DNA of 64,000 nt from Squalus acanthias. Lineage: Eukaryota. The first letter of the stretch is position 1. Each line of letters opens with the position of its first letter. The notes beneath the pieces are model-generated. The model was not told where the DNA came from, made no database searches, and saw only the letters and a list, made by a program, of their open reading frames with translations. The position numbers were made by a program, and so were the translations under genes. Shown here piece by piece: positions 23,802 through 35,451 of the stretch. The DNA lies in contig CM059427.1 in NCBI GenBank assembly GCA_030390025.1, positions 20,150,001-20,214,000 of the forward strand, in the 5' to 3' direction.

Positions 23802-24089
23802 AGCTTAGAAAGCCTCCTGTCTGTGACATACCACTTAAACCAATGACAATAACCGAAGGAGAGTTATTGCAACTTAGCTGTCATTTACATGGGTCTGAGC
23901 CAATTAAGATGCAATGGTTTAAAGACAGGAAAGAAATAAAACCATCTGAAAAATTGAACATAACCTTCATGGATGGTACAGCTGCCCTAGAAATTAAAGC
24001 ATCTACCAAAACAGACAGTGGTGACTACCTATGTAAAGCCACAAATGATGCTGGAAGTGACTCTTGCAAAGCCAAAATAACAATCCAAG
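23802..24089 (+). CDS. TTN: Titin Ig exon 35 (288 nt; I79-like)
   Basis: ttag|AGCTT...CAAG|gtatg; KPPV...QLSCH..GSEPI. Confidence 0.93.
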
Positions 24090-24410
24090 GTATGGGGTAG
24101 ATGTGAAATAGATTGTCATTGTTATGTGAATAATATAAGGATGCTAAAAGCTTTTACTAATTATGTTTTATTAAGCTTGTCCAACTTCTTTAGTCTTACT
24201 GCATTAAGGGAAAAATCAGTGCTGGATCGAGATCTTTTACTTGAAGTATTGAAAGACCGAGGAGGTCCCCGCAGCCATATAGGTGACACTGGATGGTTGG
24301 AGCAACCACTAGCCAATGGCTAGGTTTACCATTAGCAGTGCCCAAGCCAGGTTCTGTCATTGGTCAAATATGCCTCAAGCTGCCAATAGTAATTTTTTGT
24401 GAGTCAAATT

Positions 24411-25291
24411 GAGGGAAAAATTCAGTTGGTTGCGCCTCCCGTTAGCACCTTAAGAGGGCGCTAATGGGGCGCAAAGCAACTAGCGCCCGGGCGCGGCGAT
24501 GTTTGGCGAAATTAACTAGACATTTTGTGGTGGCGCTAAACACTACCGCCACGATCTCCTGCGCCGGCAGATCGTGACGTCAGTCGAGTGCGCAACGCCC
24601 CGGTAGCGCCCTGGAGCGGATATTGAGTGGCGCCCCCTGCCTTACCGCCTGCCGCTAGCAACGACAGGTTGAGGGGAGCGTTTTGCAGTCAGGAAGGGAC
24701 TGGGGGAGCGCTATTTAAAGGCGACCGCTTCCTGCCTTTTTTTGTTGGTGACATTTTTGAACCACGCATTCTGAGAGAGAGAGAGAGAGACTTCTGGAGA
24801 GATTCAACACTGTGTGAAGGAGTTTTGGGTACTGAGCAGCACTTTGCAGGTTCATTTTGATTTGCCCTTGTATCGATTTAGAAGAGACTGTGGGGGCTGC
24901 ACTCTGAGCTCTTTCCCTGGGCCTCTCCATTTTTCTTTCCAGCAGATTTGATGTACAGGTCTCTCCAGGCCAAGATTCAAGGCTGCAATGAGCAGGATGT
25001 GGCTGGAAAGCAAGATTAACCATCCCCTTTAAGAACTGGCCGGCACCAGTGTGTCTGTGTTCCATTGCTGACTGACATCACATGAGCTTCACCAGCGCTC
25101 TGAGGTAGAGCCTCGCTCCTCGGCCTTTGCGCCTTAAGACAGGTGTGAAGCGCCTGATTTAGCGCTCCAATCACCTCCAGGGGCGATAAAAGTCAAGTTT
25201 GCAGTCGGAGGCGATAATTAGCGCCAGGCGCTAATCTTTGCGCCCGGCCGATAATTGCGCCCCAAATGGGGCGATACTGAATTTCTCCCCC
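24411..25291. mobile_element. PIF/Harbinger-like MITE, family 2, copy 1
   Basis: TIR GGGAAAAATTCAGT / ACTGAATTTCTCCCCC; highly similar to 32394-33283 and 43329-44258. Confidence 0.88.
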
Positions 25292-27149
25292 AAAAATTCT
25301 AAAGGTGTTCTCACAGATCATGCAACCGATCAAGACCCTCTTGCTGAGCTAGACGTGATGCTTTTTTTATTAAAGAAGAGAACGTTGCTTCTTACTTTTG
25401 AATTCTTAAACAAAGAATTAAACAAAATGTATAATTCTGGTTCTGATTTTAAATCACAGATTTGTTTCTTGCAGTTAGACAGCTTCTGTTGTTTAAAACT
25501 GAAATAACTGCATTTCATATCTCACAGACTGAATAGAAAAGAAATGTCAGATTTATATTTAATTCTAGCTCTGTTCATTACAGTGCTCTGTACCATCACC
25601 TCTGTGTTTCCAATGCTGCCAAAAGTTCTTCATTTTGAAATTTTATGCCAGGTGTCTTTGGCCACAATACTAAATACATTTATGTACTGTTTTTGTTTTG
25701 TAAATATGGTACAGTAGTTAAATTGTTTTTAAACTGATGATGTTGCAATATTGTTAATTGAGGTGTAATTTGGAGAGTGAAGATGCATCATGTGCATAAG
25801 GGCTTTTATAGTTTGTTCTTAGTACCAAAACTGCATCTTTGTCTGTAATTGTTTTTGTTCCATCTTGTTAAATGATCTGTACAGGGAAGTGGTGTTTATG
25901 CACACATTTCAAAATACAATTTATAATATAATCATAATAATTGGAGGGTAGGAGCATATTATCTTAGGTTTGTAAAACATGAAGGCAGCTCTGGCCAATA
26001 CTTTCTTCTTCCAATGAATGCAATGGTATTGCATGGGGAGCTTGCACTTGCACAAGCACAAGGGGCCAAATGGCCTACTGTACGGGAATTTCTATGATTC
26101 TAGGTGCATACGCAAAAGTCACCATACACTGAAAACAGGCACTTTCCATCCATTGCTCAGTGGTAGCAAATGTATGGGTGTGTTACAGTACAGTTTTCTT
26201 TATTGCCAAAGAAATAATAACAGCATCCTCTCTGAATTATTAATAATTGCTATGCATATTTGTCACTATGTCCTGGAAAGTTTTATTAAAAAAACGCTCA
26301 TAGGTGAGATATTACAAGTGAATCCACGTCAGTTCTAGAAAGACACAAAGAGGAATACTGGAATTGTAAATATATAATAAAAAGAAGATATTCAGCATAA
26401 ATTTGACATCAGTAGACTTGCTAGCATGCTTTGTAAATATTGTAGCATATTGGAGATTGCAATACAAGGTGTATTTCGGCTTTTTCACAGATTTATTATT
26501 TATAATCTACATTTTTTTGGCGTGGTTGGAACCAGGCTTCAGATATCTAAATTGATGCAGTAATATCCATTTTCAACCCTGTACAAAAGAAATTTTACTC
26601 TGCTTCCCAAGCAAACACATACACTGACATAAATATTTGGAGGAATCAGTTACTCTTGGAAAGGGAGAAGTCAGTGAGTGTGAATGTACTACCTCACCTC
26701 TTCCAAATGGTGCCTGCCAGAGGACCGACCAATCAAACAATTCAGGGACTTTACTAAGCACACCTCAAAATTCCCATTGGCAGGCAAGAGACCACAAATG
26801 CATTTCAGACATCTACAGGCTCCCAAGCCTCATATTACTTCTCAACAACCCAACCTTAAGAAACCATGTCCTGCGACACTGTCACCCCACAATACCCACA
26901 GCTGAATAAAGAGATGAAAGCTTCTTGTACATTGTCAATACATAGGTGCTATTGGAGCTTTTTCACGGATTTATTATTTATAATTCATCCATTTTGTATG
27001 GTTGGAGGCAGGCTTCAGATATCTAAATTGATGCATTAATATCCACTTTCAACTCCCCAGCACCAAATGTAGATTGCCTTTCATAGACCCTTAGAAGAGA
27101 CTAAAGGAACCTCCATAGTTGTTCTAATGTTATCAGCTGGTGAAAAGCA

Positions 27150-27720
27150 TATATCTTGCTGACAATATCCCACAATCACTATGAGTAGATTCAAAACCTG
27201 GCAGAAGAAAGGCATCACAAGGCTAGACCATGTTTTCCACAAGGGTCAGATCATAAATGTTGAGTTAGCTGAAAAGTTACACTTTGTTTCATTAAACTTG
27301 TTCCAATGCTTTCATATCTGGCATTTTCTCAAAGATGCAATGACACCATACAGACTCAACTACTGATGTAGAGCTGCAGCTGCTCAACATCATGTACTTC
27401 AGTTATCTCTATGCGAACAGACAAAATAAAAAGCATATCCTGCCAGACCTACTAGCACAGAACACAGCATCACTTACCCATTTAAAAAAAAACTAATATT
27501 TATGTGGCTTTTTCCAAAAGCAGCTAGAATCTTTGGGCTTGGCTTCAATTACAACTAATGTGGCTTAGGCCATCCACTAACTGAAGAGAAATGGGATGGA
27601 ATATAAATTCAAACCCCCTACAACCTCCACCTATAGCAAACTTGCAGGAGGATCAACTCAAAATCATACACCAAATATATCGCACTCTACACAAACTTTA
27701 CCCCAACCTGATTGTTGAAT
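27150..27720 (+). mobile_element. Highly degenerate L1/Tx1-clade LINE ORF2 C-terminal remnant
   Basis: FKTWQKKGITRLDHVF...FQCFHIWHFL resembles the post-RT region of fish L1/Tx1 elements; boundaries approximate. Confidence 0.5.
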
Positions 27721-28218
27721 TCAAGATCATCATTTGGGGTAAGGAAGAACTGCATTAAGCCACAAAGTATCATCTGCAATTCTCTGTTCAAACATTGCTG
27801 CTTTTTGATATTGGTGGCTTTGATACAACGTAGGTTCATGCAGCCTAAATTCAGACTCAGGATCTGACCTGAGTACAGAGCTAAGTGGAAGGAAACTTTC
27901 TGGAGGATGGAGTCTCGCTGCTCCTCTGTAGAGTGAGGTCAGACCCTATATCCAGATTTACATCACAGAATGGAAACTACATTGAGGCGAGGTCAAATTT
28001 GTAGTGTAAATGCACCCTGAAATGCTTTGCCAGAATATTAAATCTTCATTGTGATTTTTGTTGCTTTTAATGTTGTCAAAAAAATTAATTACTGATGTTT
28101 CATTTTATGTACAGACTGTTCAATCATTGGTACGTTCAGCTTGTTTACTTGTGAGAAATTTGACAATGAAATACTAAAATTATGACATTTGAAATTCTTT
28201 TAACTTGTTCTGGTTTAG

Positions 28219-28308
28219 AAAAAGCTGTAGCAAAGAAAGTGGTTTCTCCACCAAAGCTGGACAACATCTTCTTCATTGAGAAACCAAAGAGTGTGAAAGT
28301 AGCAGAAA
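28219..28308 (+). CDS. TTN: Titin N2A exon: linker and start of I80 (90 nt)
   Basis: ttag|AAAAA...GAAA|gtaag; KLDNIFFIEKPKSVKVAE. Confidence 0.9.
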
Positions 28309-28736
28309 GTAAGTGCACTGTGGAATATTTCCTCTCACGTGTAATGTTTGTTAAAAAGAAACATTTCTGAAAGATGCAAAATATTTCAAAGCAAAAATGG
28401 CCAAATAATTACAATACTACACCATCGACTGTCAGCTAGAGGGTGTTAGTTTGAATTTTAGACTGAAAGAAGATTCACACTCAAGCTTCTTGAGAAAAAT
28501 AGTTTAATCACCTTTGTTGGGTCTTCAGGAAGGAAGATAACACTTTAACAGGGTTCCGTTACTGTGTTGTTTAAGCAGATCACCTAGTGTGCTAACTAAA
28601 GAGTGGGAGCCATATCCCATTTCCCAATTAAAGAGGGCAGCAAAGAGTTAGGGCATAGATCTTTGGTGGGAGAAAATAGAGAGAGTAAAAGTTTTAAAGA
28701 AGTTATCATTGATCTTGATTATATTTTACATTCCAG

Positions 28737-29019
28737 AGGGTATAGCAACATTTATTGCAAAGGTTGGTGGTGACCCAATTCCAAATGTTAAATGGATGAA
28801 AGGCAAATGGAGACAGTTGAACCATGGTGGCCGAATTATTGTACAACAAAAGGGACAAGAGGCCAAACTGGAAATCAAAGAAGTGGCAAAAACTGACTCT
28901 GGACCGTACAGATGTGTAGCATCTAACAAATTTGGTGAAATTGAAAGCAGTGCAAGCTTAGATATTGTGGAGAAGAAAGAAATTATTGTTGAAACAGACT
29001 TCAGAGCTAAACTGAAGAA
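28737..29019 (+). CDS. TTN: Titin N2A exon: I80 and start of UN2A (283 nt, phase 1 to 2)
   Basis: ATFIAKVGGDPIPNVKWMKGKWRQLNHGGR; donor AA|gtaagt. Confidence 0.95.
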
Positions 29020-29397
29020 GTAAGTATTTAAGATTAGGTAAGATTGATAAAGTTTTGATTTGTAATATGAGTGAACAGATGATATTTAAAAGTAGTGTTT
29101 TTCATTTTATAATTATTTCACCTGTTTACCAGAAAAATTAGTGAATGTTTATAAAGCTTAATGTAACTGAATCTTTTTCTTTAGTTTGGCAGCTTTGTTC
29201 TTGATTATTTATTCTATTTCATGTAGTGGGTGGAACAAAGTAATTAATTTTACAGTAATGCGCCGTATTGATTTTAGTTTTGGCCCATCAATTTATACAT
29301 TTTATTTAATGTACATTTTATTTTAAATGCAGTAATAATGCATTAATATTTAATGCATTATTTATTATTAATTGATATTTGCCATTTATTTTAAAAG

Positions 29398-29581
29398 AAC
29401 ACCTTCCAAGCAAAAGGAAGAAGAAGTAGACAAGGATATTGACATTGTAGAACTTCTAAGGAATGTTGATCCTAAGGAATATGAAAAGTATGCCCGTATG
29501 TATGGAATTACTGATTTCCGTGGTCTTCTTCAAGCCATTGAACTACTGAAAGCCAGCAGAGGAGATGAAACTCACAGAGTG
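29398..29581 (+). CDS. TTN: Titin N2A unique sequence (UN2A) exon (184 nt)
   Basis: DIVELLRNVDPKEYEKYARMYGITDFRGLLQA; donor GTG|gtgagt. Confidence 0.95.
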
Positions 29582-29718
29582 GTGAGTTACTTTATGATCA
29601 TTTCTATGTATACTAGAACCGTAGAACATACTATAGTTTTTATGCAGAATAAAAATCTTTCATGATTATTATACTATTTTTTTTGTCACTGCCTTTAACT
29701 CTTTGGTGCTTTGTTAAG

Positions 29719-29805
29719 GAGTTGGAAGAGCATGAGCGAGGTGCTGAAGAAGATGAGTTTAATGAATTAGTCCAGTATATCCAACAAAGAATAGAAAAGG
29801 TTGAG
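29719..29805 (+). CDS. TTN: Titin UN2A C-terminal exon (87 nt, phase 0)
   Basis: taag|GAGTTG...GAG|gtaag; EDEFNELVQYIQQRIEKVE. Confidence 0.88.
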
Positions 29806-29918
29806 GTAAGATCTGCACTATAATAAAATAATAGTGAACTCAAGTTGTATTCCAGTCTAGTGTTTCACAGTGTTTTGTTTGAAATGAATATTTACAAAAA
29901 CATTTATCCTCTCTGCAG

Positions 29919-30186
29919 CCTATTGAATTAATCAAGGATATTGAAGACCAAATTGTACGTACAAATGTAGATGCAGTGTTTGAATGTGTGATAAAGATAA
30001 ACTATCCTGAAATCAAACTTTCCTGGTATAAAGGAACTGAAAAGTTGGAATCAAATAGCAAGTATGAAATTAGCATTGATGGTGATATTCATCGCCTAAA
30101 GATCAAAGACTGTGCACTGCAAGATCAAGGCAACTTCCGCATTGTCTGTGGCCCACATATCTCTAGTGCTAAACTGACTGTTGTCG
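29919..30186 (+). CDS. TTN: Titin I81 exon (268 nt)
   Basis: PIELIKDIEDQ...KINYPEIKLSWYKGTEKLE...VCGPHISSAKLTV. Confidence 0.95.
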
Positions 30187-30274
30187 GTAAGTAGTATTTG
30201 CATTTTTAATTCTGAATGTTGTTTCCATTTTTATTAACTCATCTAACTTATTTGCATTTGTTTGTGTTCTCCAG

Positions 30275-30535
30275 AACCCATCGTTGAACAGCACCTTGAA
30301 AATCTTTCCGGTAAGGAAGGTCATATTTGTATCATGGTTTGCCAGTTTTCCTTACCAAACCTGAAAACTGAGTGGTTTAAAAATGGCAGCAGGATCGAGG
30401 GACGAGGCAGATATTCCATCGATGTTGTGGATAAGTTGCAGAAAGTCACTATTAATGACTTAAAACCAGAGGATCGAGGCCGATTTACTTGCAAGTATGA
30501 AGATCTTGAAACATCTGCTGATCTAATTGTTGAAG
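30275..30535 (+). CDS. TTN: Titin I82 exon (261 nt)
   Basis: CQFSLPN...EWF.NG...TCKYEDLETSA. Confidence 0.95.
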
Positions 30536-30629
30536 GTTTGTAGTTCTATCAAAAAGTCTTAACCTAGTTGTACTTTGCTGATTCGGTTTTGTATAAGTAT
30601 TGTATTGTCTCTGCTCTTGTATGTTACAG

Positions 30630-30839
30630 CTCAACCAATTGAATTCACAAAGACAATCCAGGATATTGTGGTGAATGAACATGAGTCAGCTATATTTGAA
30701 TGTGAAGTGTCCTTTGATGATGCCATTGTAACCTGGTTTAAAGATACAGTGGTGCTGAAAGAAAGTCCAAAGTACAGCTTCAGAAGAGATGGGCGCCGAC
30801 ATTTTATGACTATCCATAATGTCACAACAGACGATGAAG
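30630..30839 (+). CDS. TTN: Titin I83 exon, part 1 (210 nt)
   Basis: PIEFTK...FECEVSFDDAIVTW...MTIHNVTTDDE; donor G|gtgtg. Confidence 0.93.
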
Positions 30840-30911
30840 GTGTGTTTAGTGTAGCCATTAAACGTGTTCTTTTTATTACAGTAGTTATCTATCTATCTTA
30901 GTTATCTATCT

Positions 30912-31557
30912 GCAAACAAGACACAGGAGTTAATTTCTAGGGGAATAGAATTCAAAAGCAGAGAAGTTATGTTAAACTTATATAGAACCTTGATTAGACC
31001 ACACTTAGAGTACTGTGCTTATTTCTGGTCTTCATATTACAAAGAGAATATAGAGGCACTGGAGAAGGTACAAAAAAGATTTACAAAAATGATACAAGAA
31101 CTGAGAGGTTATAACTATAAGGAAAGGTTGAATAGTCTGGGGCTCTTTTCTCTGGAAAAGAGAAGGCTGAAAGGCAACCTGATAGAAGTCTTCAAAAATA
31201 TGAAGGGATTCGATAGAATAGATGCAGAAAAGATGTTCCACTTGTGGGGAAGTCCAAATATAGGGGCCATAAATATAAGATAGTCACTAATAAATCCAAT
31301 AAGGAATTCAGGAGAAACATCTTCTCAGAGAGTAGCTAGAATATGGAACTTGCTACCACATGGAGTAGTTGAGGCGAACAGCATAGACGTATTTAAGGGG
31401 AAGCTAAATAAGTACATGAGGGAGATAGGAATAGAAGGATATGTTGCTAGGGTTAGATGAAGTATGGTGGGAGGAGGCTCGTGTGGAGCATAAACACCGG
31501 CATAGACCTGTTGGACCGAATGGCCTTTTTCTGTGTTGTAAATGCTATGTAATGCTA
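30912..31557 (+). mobile_element. CR1-clade LINE 3' fragment (second subfamily)
   Basis: LYRTLIRPHLEYC...LFSLEKRRLKG; 3' UTR GGGAGGAGGCTCGTGTGGAGCATAAA. Confidence 0.88.
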
Positions 31558-31616
31558 TAACACTAATTTCAAATAAAATTAAGGTAATTAGAGGAGTACA
31601 ACATTGTATTTTTCAG

Positions 31617-31694
31617 GGGTTTATTCAGTTATTGCTCAACTTGAGCCAAGAGGTGAAGCTAAAAGTACTGCAGAACTTTATGTATCAGGCCAAG
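31617..31694 (+). CDS. TTN: Titin I83 exon, part 2 (78 nt)
   Basis: tcag|GGGTT...CAAG|gtagg; GVYSVIAQLEPRGEAKSTAELY. Confidence 0.92.
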
Positions 31695-31793
31695 GTAGGT
31701 TCATTAGAATTAATGCACCTTTTTAATGAAACTAAAACATTCCCTTTATTATTTTATTGAATTTTCACTAATGCTAAAATCTGTTCTTTACAG

Positions 31794-31820
31794 AAATCAT
31801 CTTACAGCCCAGGAAACCTG
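31794..31820 (+). CDS. TTN: Titin micro-exon (27 nt) at N2A/PEVK junction
   Basis: ttacag|AAATC...CCTG|gtgtg; EIILQPRKP; phase 1-1. Confidence 0.75.
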
Positions 31821-32284
31821 GTGTGTAATCTGTTAAAAATCTCATATTCCAGTTCTTAAATTTTCATTAATATTACAATAAAATATAAGCAGAACTAACT
31901 GTTTTCATCTCTTTTATTTAAAATATCAGAACTTTGTTGAGCAATAGTAAACAATGGCTGTATTAAATAACTTTTATTACAAATATTTTTTAAATAAGCT
32001 GGTATTTGTTTTTCCTTTATTTTAACTTTAAAACAGTAAGCATGCACAAAATATGGTGGTGATCAATAATTTAAAAGCTGCCTCTAACATGACTGTTTGT
32101 CATTGATGTTAATATTCTTATTTACATTTTCTCAAAATGTAGGTCAGATTTTAAAATCTAAAATACTAGTTAGAAATGTAATTTCATTTCTTGCATTAAA
32201 TTGTTCAATAAAATTGTGATAAAATGGACCCGCAGGAAGAATGAAAGAACCAAAAATAATTATCACTCCTTTTATATTCTTTAG

Positions 32285-32329
32285 ATGTTCCTGATATTGG
32301 AATTCCAGTTGAAAAAATATCATTTACAG
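32285..32329 (+). CDS. TTN: Titin micro-exon (45 nt)
   Basis: ctttag|ATGTT...ACAG|gtaaa; VPDIGIPVEKISFT. Confidence 0.75.
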
Positions 32330-32393
32330 GTAAAAGAGCAGTTAGCTTTGGAATGTATTATCAAAGGGGTATTGGTTTAAGTGGAGAATCTAT

Positions 32394-33283
32394 GGGGGGA
32401 AAATTCAGTTGGTTGCACCTCCCGTTAGCGCCTTAAGAGGGCGCTAATGGGGCGCAAAGAACTAGCGCCCGGGCGCGGCGATGTTTGCGCCGCTCGCGAA
32501 ATTAACTAGACATTTTGTGGCGGTGCTAAACACTACCGCCACGATCTCCTGCGCCGGCAGATCGTGACGTCAGTCAAGTGCGCAACGCACCGGTAGCGCC
32601 CCGAAGCGGATATTGAGTGGCGCCCCCTGCCTTACCGCCTGCCGCTAGCAATGACAGGTTGAGGGGAGCGTTTTGTAGTCAGGAAGAGACTGGGGGAGCG
32701 CTATTTAAAGGTGACCGCTTCCTGCCTTTTTTTGTTGGTGACATTTTTGAACCACGCATTCTGAGAGAGAGAGAGAGACTTCTGGAGAGATTCAACGCTG
32801 TGTGAAGGAGTTTTGGGTACTGAGCAGCACTTTGCAGGTTCATTTTGATTTGCCCTTCCTTGTATCGATTTAGAAGAGACTGTGGGGGTTGCACTCTGAG
32901 CTCTTTCCCTGGTACTCTCTATTGTTCTTTCCAGCAGATTTGATGTACAGGTCTCTCCAGGCCGAGATTCAAGGCTGCAATGAGCAGGATGTGGATGGAA
33001 AGCAAGATCAACCCTCCCCTTTAAGAACTGGCCCGTGCCATTGTGTCTGTGTTCCATTGCTGACTGACATCACATGAGCTTCGCCAGCACTCTAAGTTAG
33101 AGCCTCGCTCCTCGGCCTTTGCGCCTTAAGACAGATGTGTAGCGCCTGATTTAGCGCTCCAATCACCTCCAGGGGCGATAAAAGTAAAGTTTGCAGTCGG
33201 AGGCGATAATTAGCGCCAGCCGCTAATCTTTGCGCCCGGCCGATAATTGCCCCCCAAATGGGGCGATACTGAATTTTTCCCCC
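32394..33283. mobile_element. PIF/Harbinger-like MITE, family 2, copy 2
   Basis: TIRs GGGGGGAAAATTCAGT / ACTGAATTTTTCCCCC; 3-bp TSD TAT. Confidence 0.9.
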
Positions 33284-33501
33284 TATGGATTTTATGTATT
33301 TTCCAAAACCAAAATTTTAATTAAGTATTGTTTATTTGTCAAAACTACATTTTGGATTCATGTACACATCTTTTAGCTGAATTTTTGAAGTTCCTTCGTG
33401 TCCTATATCTCTCTTCATGATAAGCTGTATAAATGCATCTTCCTTGAATTTGCTGGAATTATTTGTTATTTACATATTTTTTCCTCATCTCTATGTTATA
33501 G

Positions 33502-33525
33502 AAGAAGAATGGACAGAAGAAATAG
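33502..33525 (+). CDS. TTN: Candidate titin micro-exon (24 nt, E-rich)
   Basis: Pyrimidine tract, atag|AAGAA...ATAG|gtaac; EEWTEEI; phase 1-1. Confidence 0.65.
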   Translation, partial: KKNGQKK

Positions 33526-33855
33526 GTAACCTGTTTATATCCTTTCTGTTTTAATAAGCTAATGGAGATGATTAAATCCTAAATATTCCAGCATTCTAAA
33601 ACAGCATAATTAAAACATACTTTGGCTATGTAATTTCTTCATGTTATGCCAGTACCATGAAAACAAATTTAGATTTGCTGAAATTGTCTAGTCAACTGCA
33701 CCTGAAAAGTTTCACAAGTGTCATTAAGAAGCATGGTTTTCCTCTATCAAAATGTGTATTAATGTTTATAGCATAATGTTTTTATAAACAGCATGTTTGC
33801 ATAATATGTGTGCCTTTTATAGAAATATTTATTATGTCTATACTTGTATTCAGAA

Positions 33856-34606
33856 GTAATTTTTACTTTTGTGGGTGATGGAAAACTGGAGGTACTGGAT
33901 CAGCTGCCCATTATGCACCCCACACTATTTTCCTTTCCATTGACTTTAGTGGAAAGGAAAACCAGGTGGGTGTATAAAAAGTGACCAATCTGCTACTGCT
34001 GCTATTCCACCACCACCAAAATATTAAAATCAGCCTCTTAGATTGCAAGCAGGTGTTGGGAAAATTCTAGTTTTCCTGGGTTGTTTTCAGCGTATATTGC
34101 ACAGTGACACTGAAACAAACATTAGGCATTAAAGCTACTCAAATGTCAAGAGTAGCCTTATTTGCAACTAAAATAAACATTTAAAATACAAGTTTAAATA
34201 TGGTTTCAACATGACACCTTGTCTGTCCTTTTTGTCTTCTGGATTTTTCTTTTATCCTATCTTTGTTCTCGCTTCTTTTTAATTATTTAAATTATCTGTA
34301 CATCTATCCAAGATCGCACTGTTTTCTGACCTTTTTTCTTAAACAAGAATTACTTTTTTCTTGCGTCTCACGTGTCCAAAGCCAGTTTTTTGAGCCAGTT
34401 GATGCCAAACAGAAATTAGTCTTTTGCCCAAAACAGGTACAAAGTGGGCGCTGTGCCTGCAATGCGAGCCTGAAGATGAAGGCCCGAGGCTCACCAGAAT
34501 TTAGACTTCGGGCTTCATCTACATAAAACCGGTGAGCTGCAGATGCCAATCGAGCATCCTAATGCAGCCCTGGAAAATTCAGCAGGCTCCAATGTGAATC
34601 TGGCCC
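33856..34606. mobile_element. Cluster of degenerate MITE-like elements
   Basis: Hairpin TTCCTTTCCA-TTGACTTTAG-TGGAAAGGAA (~33930-33959) and MITE-like ends TTAAAATCAGCC and GTGAATCTGGCCC. Confidence 0.45.
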
Positions 34607-34708
34607 TCATGTAAGCAAACTGACTTTGAAGAGTCATTGAATGTGACAGTGTAAGAGAGCTAAATTAGTTGAAATGAAAAGGTGTCTGAGTAAGCTTGGA
34701 TTAATGAC

Positions 34709-34738
34709 TGTATCTGTATCTGTATCTGTATCAGTATC
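34709..34738. repeat. (TGTATC)n microsatellite
   Basis: About five tandem hexamers. Confidence 0.8.
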
Positions 34739-35008
34739 ACTCAATATTAATTTAGTTCTCTTTCACTGTCAAGCTCCCTGAAGTCTGTTTCCCCATTATG
34801 AAATCAGCGCTCACTGTTACAACAAATATATTGTCAAAAAATCAACACAAATAGAAAAATTGAACAAAATGGCGTTTTCATTGAAATTATTTTAATAAAT
34901 TTAGAAATGTGTTTTATTTTGTAAAAGTATACTGTCTTGTCTCAAGTGTTATGTATGAAATATACTCTGTTGCTGAGTGTAAACTAATGTAAGATAAATC
35001 TTTTAAAG

Positions 35009-35083
35009 TCTCTGAAGTGCGCAAGATAAGTGAAGACATTACTTACACAATTTTGGAGGAAGAGGAAATCAGTCATTGGAAAG
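35009..35083 (+). CDS. TTN: Titin PEVK exon P1 (75 nt)
   Basis: ttttaaag|TCTCT...AAAG|gtaca; VSEVRKISEDITYTILEEEEISHWK. Confidence 0.8.
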
Positions 35084-35385
35084 GTACAGACGAAATTATG
35101 TTACCTTGATTAAATACCTAGCTGCTACTTATTGCCTAGGCTTACATAAGAAGAATGAATATTTGGGTGAGATGTCAAAAAGCTGCTGGTGATCATGGAA
35201 TTGTATCCAACATTATCCAGCACTTTTAGGAGAAGACATACATTTATGCCCACTTCAGTGCTTTTTAAATGGTCAAATTTCACTGAAATAGGATCAGGAC
35301 GTTGTAGGCTTTCATTCAGATTTCTTAAATGCACTCTTTTTTTTAACTGAAGCAATAGTGGTGTAAAACAAAAATGTTTTTAAAG

Positions 35386-35451
35386 TTTCTGAGGTTCCCA
35401 AGAAGATTACTGAACGTGTTCCTGTTGAAGAGGAAGTTTATAAAAGAAAAG
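35386..35451 (+). CDS. TTN: Titin PEVK exon P2 (66 nt)
   Basis: tttaaag|TTTCT...AAAG|gtaca; VSEVPKKITERVPVEEEVYKRK. Confidence 0.85.

Noticed and set aside
1-24089. Identification as obscurin, hemicentin or another poly-Ig gene
   Set aside because: The contiguous N2A and PEVK exons are titin-specific.
1-31694. ORF-track entries treated as separate small Ig genes
   Set aside because: Their starts and stops lie in introns. The Ig cores are bounded by GT-AG sites in compatible phases and splice into one titin frame.
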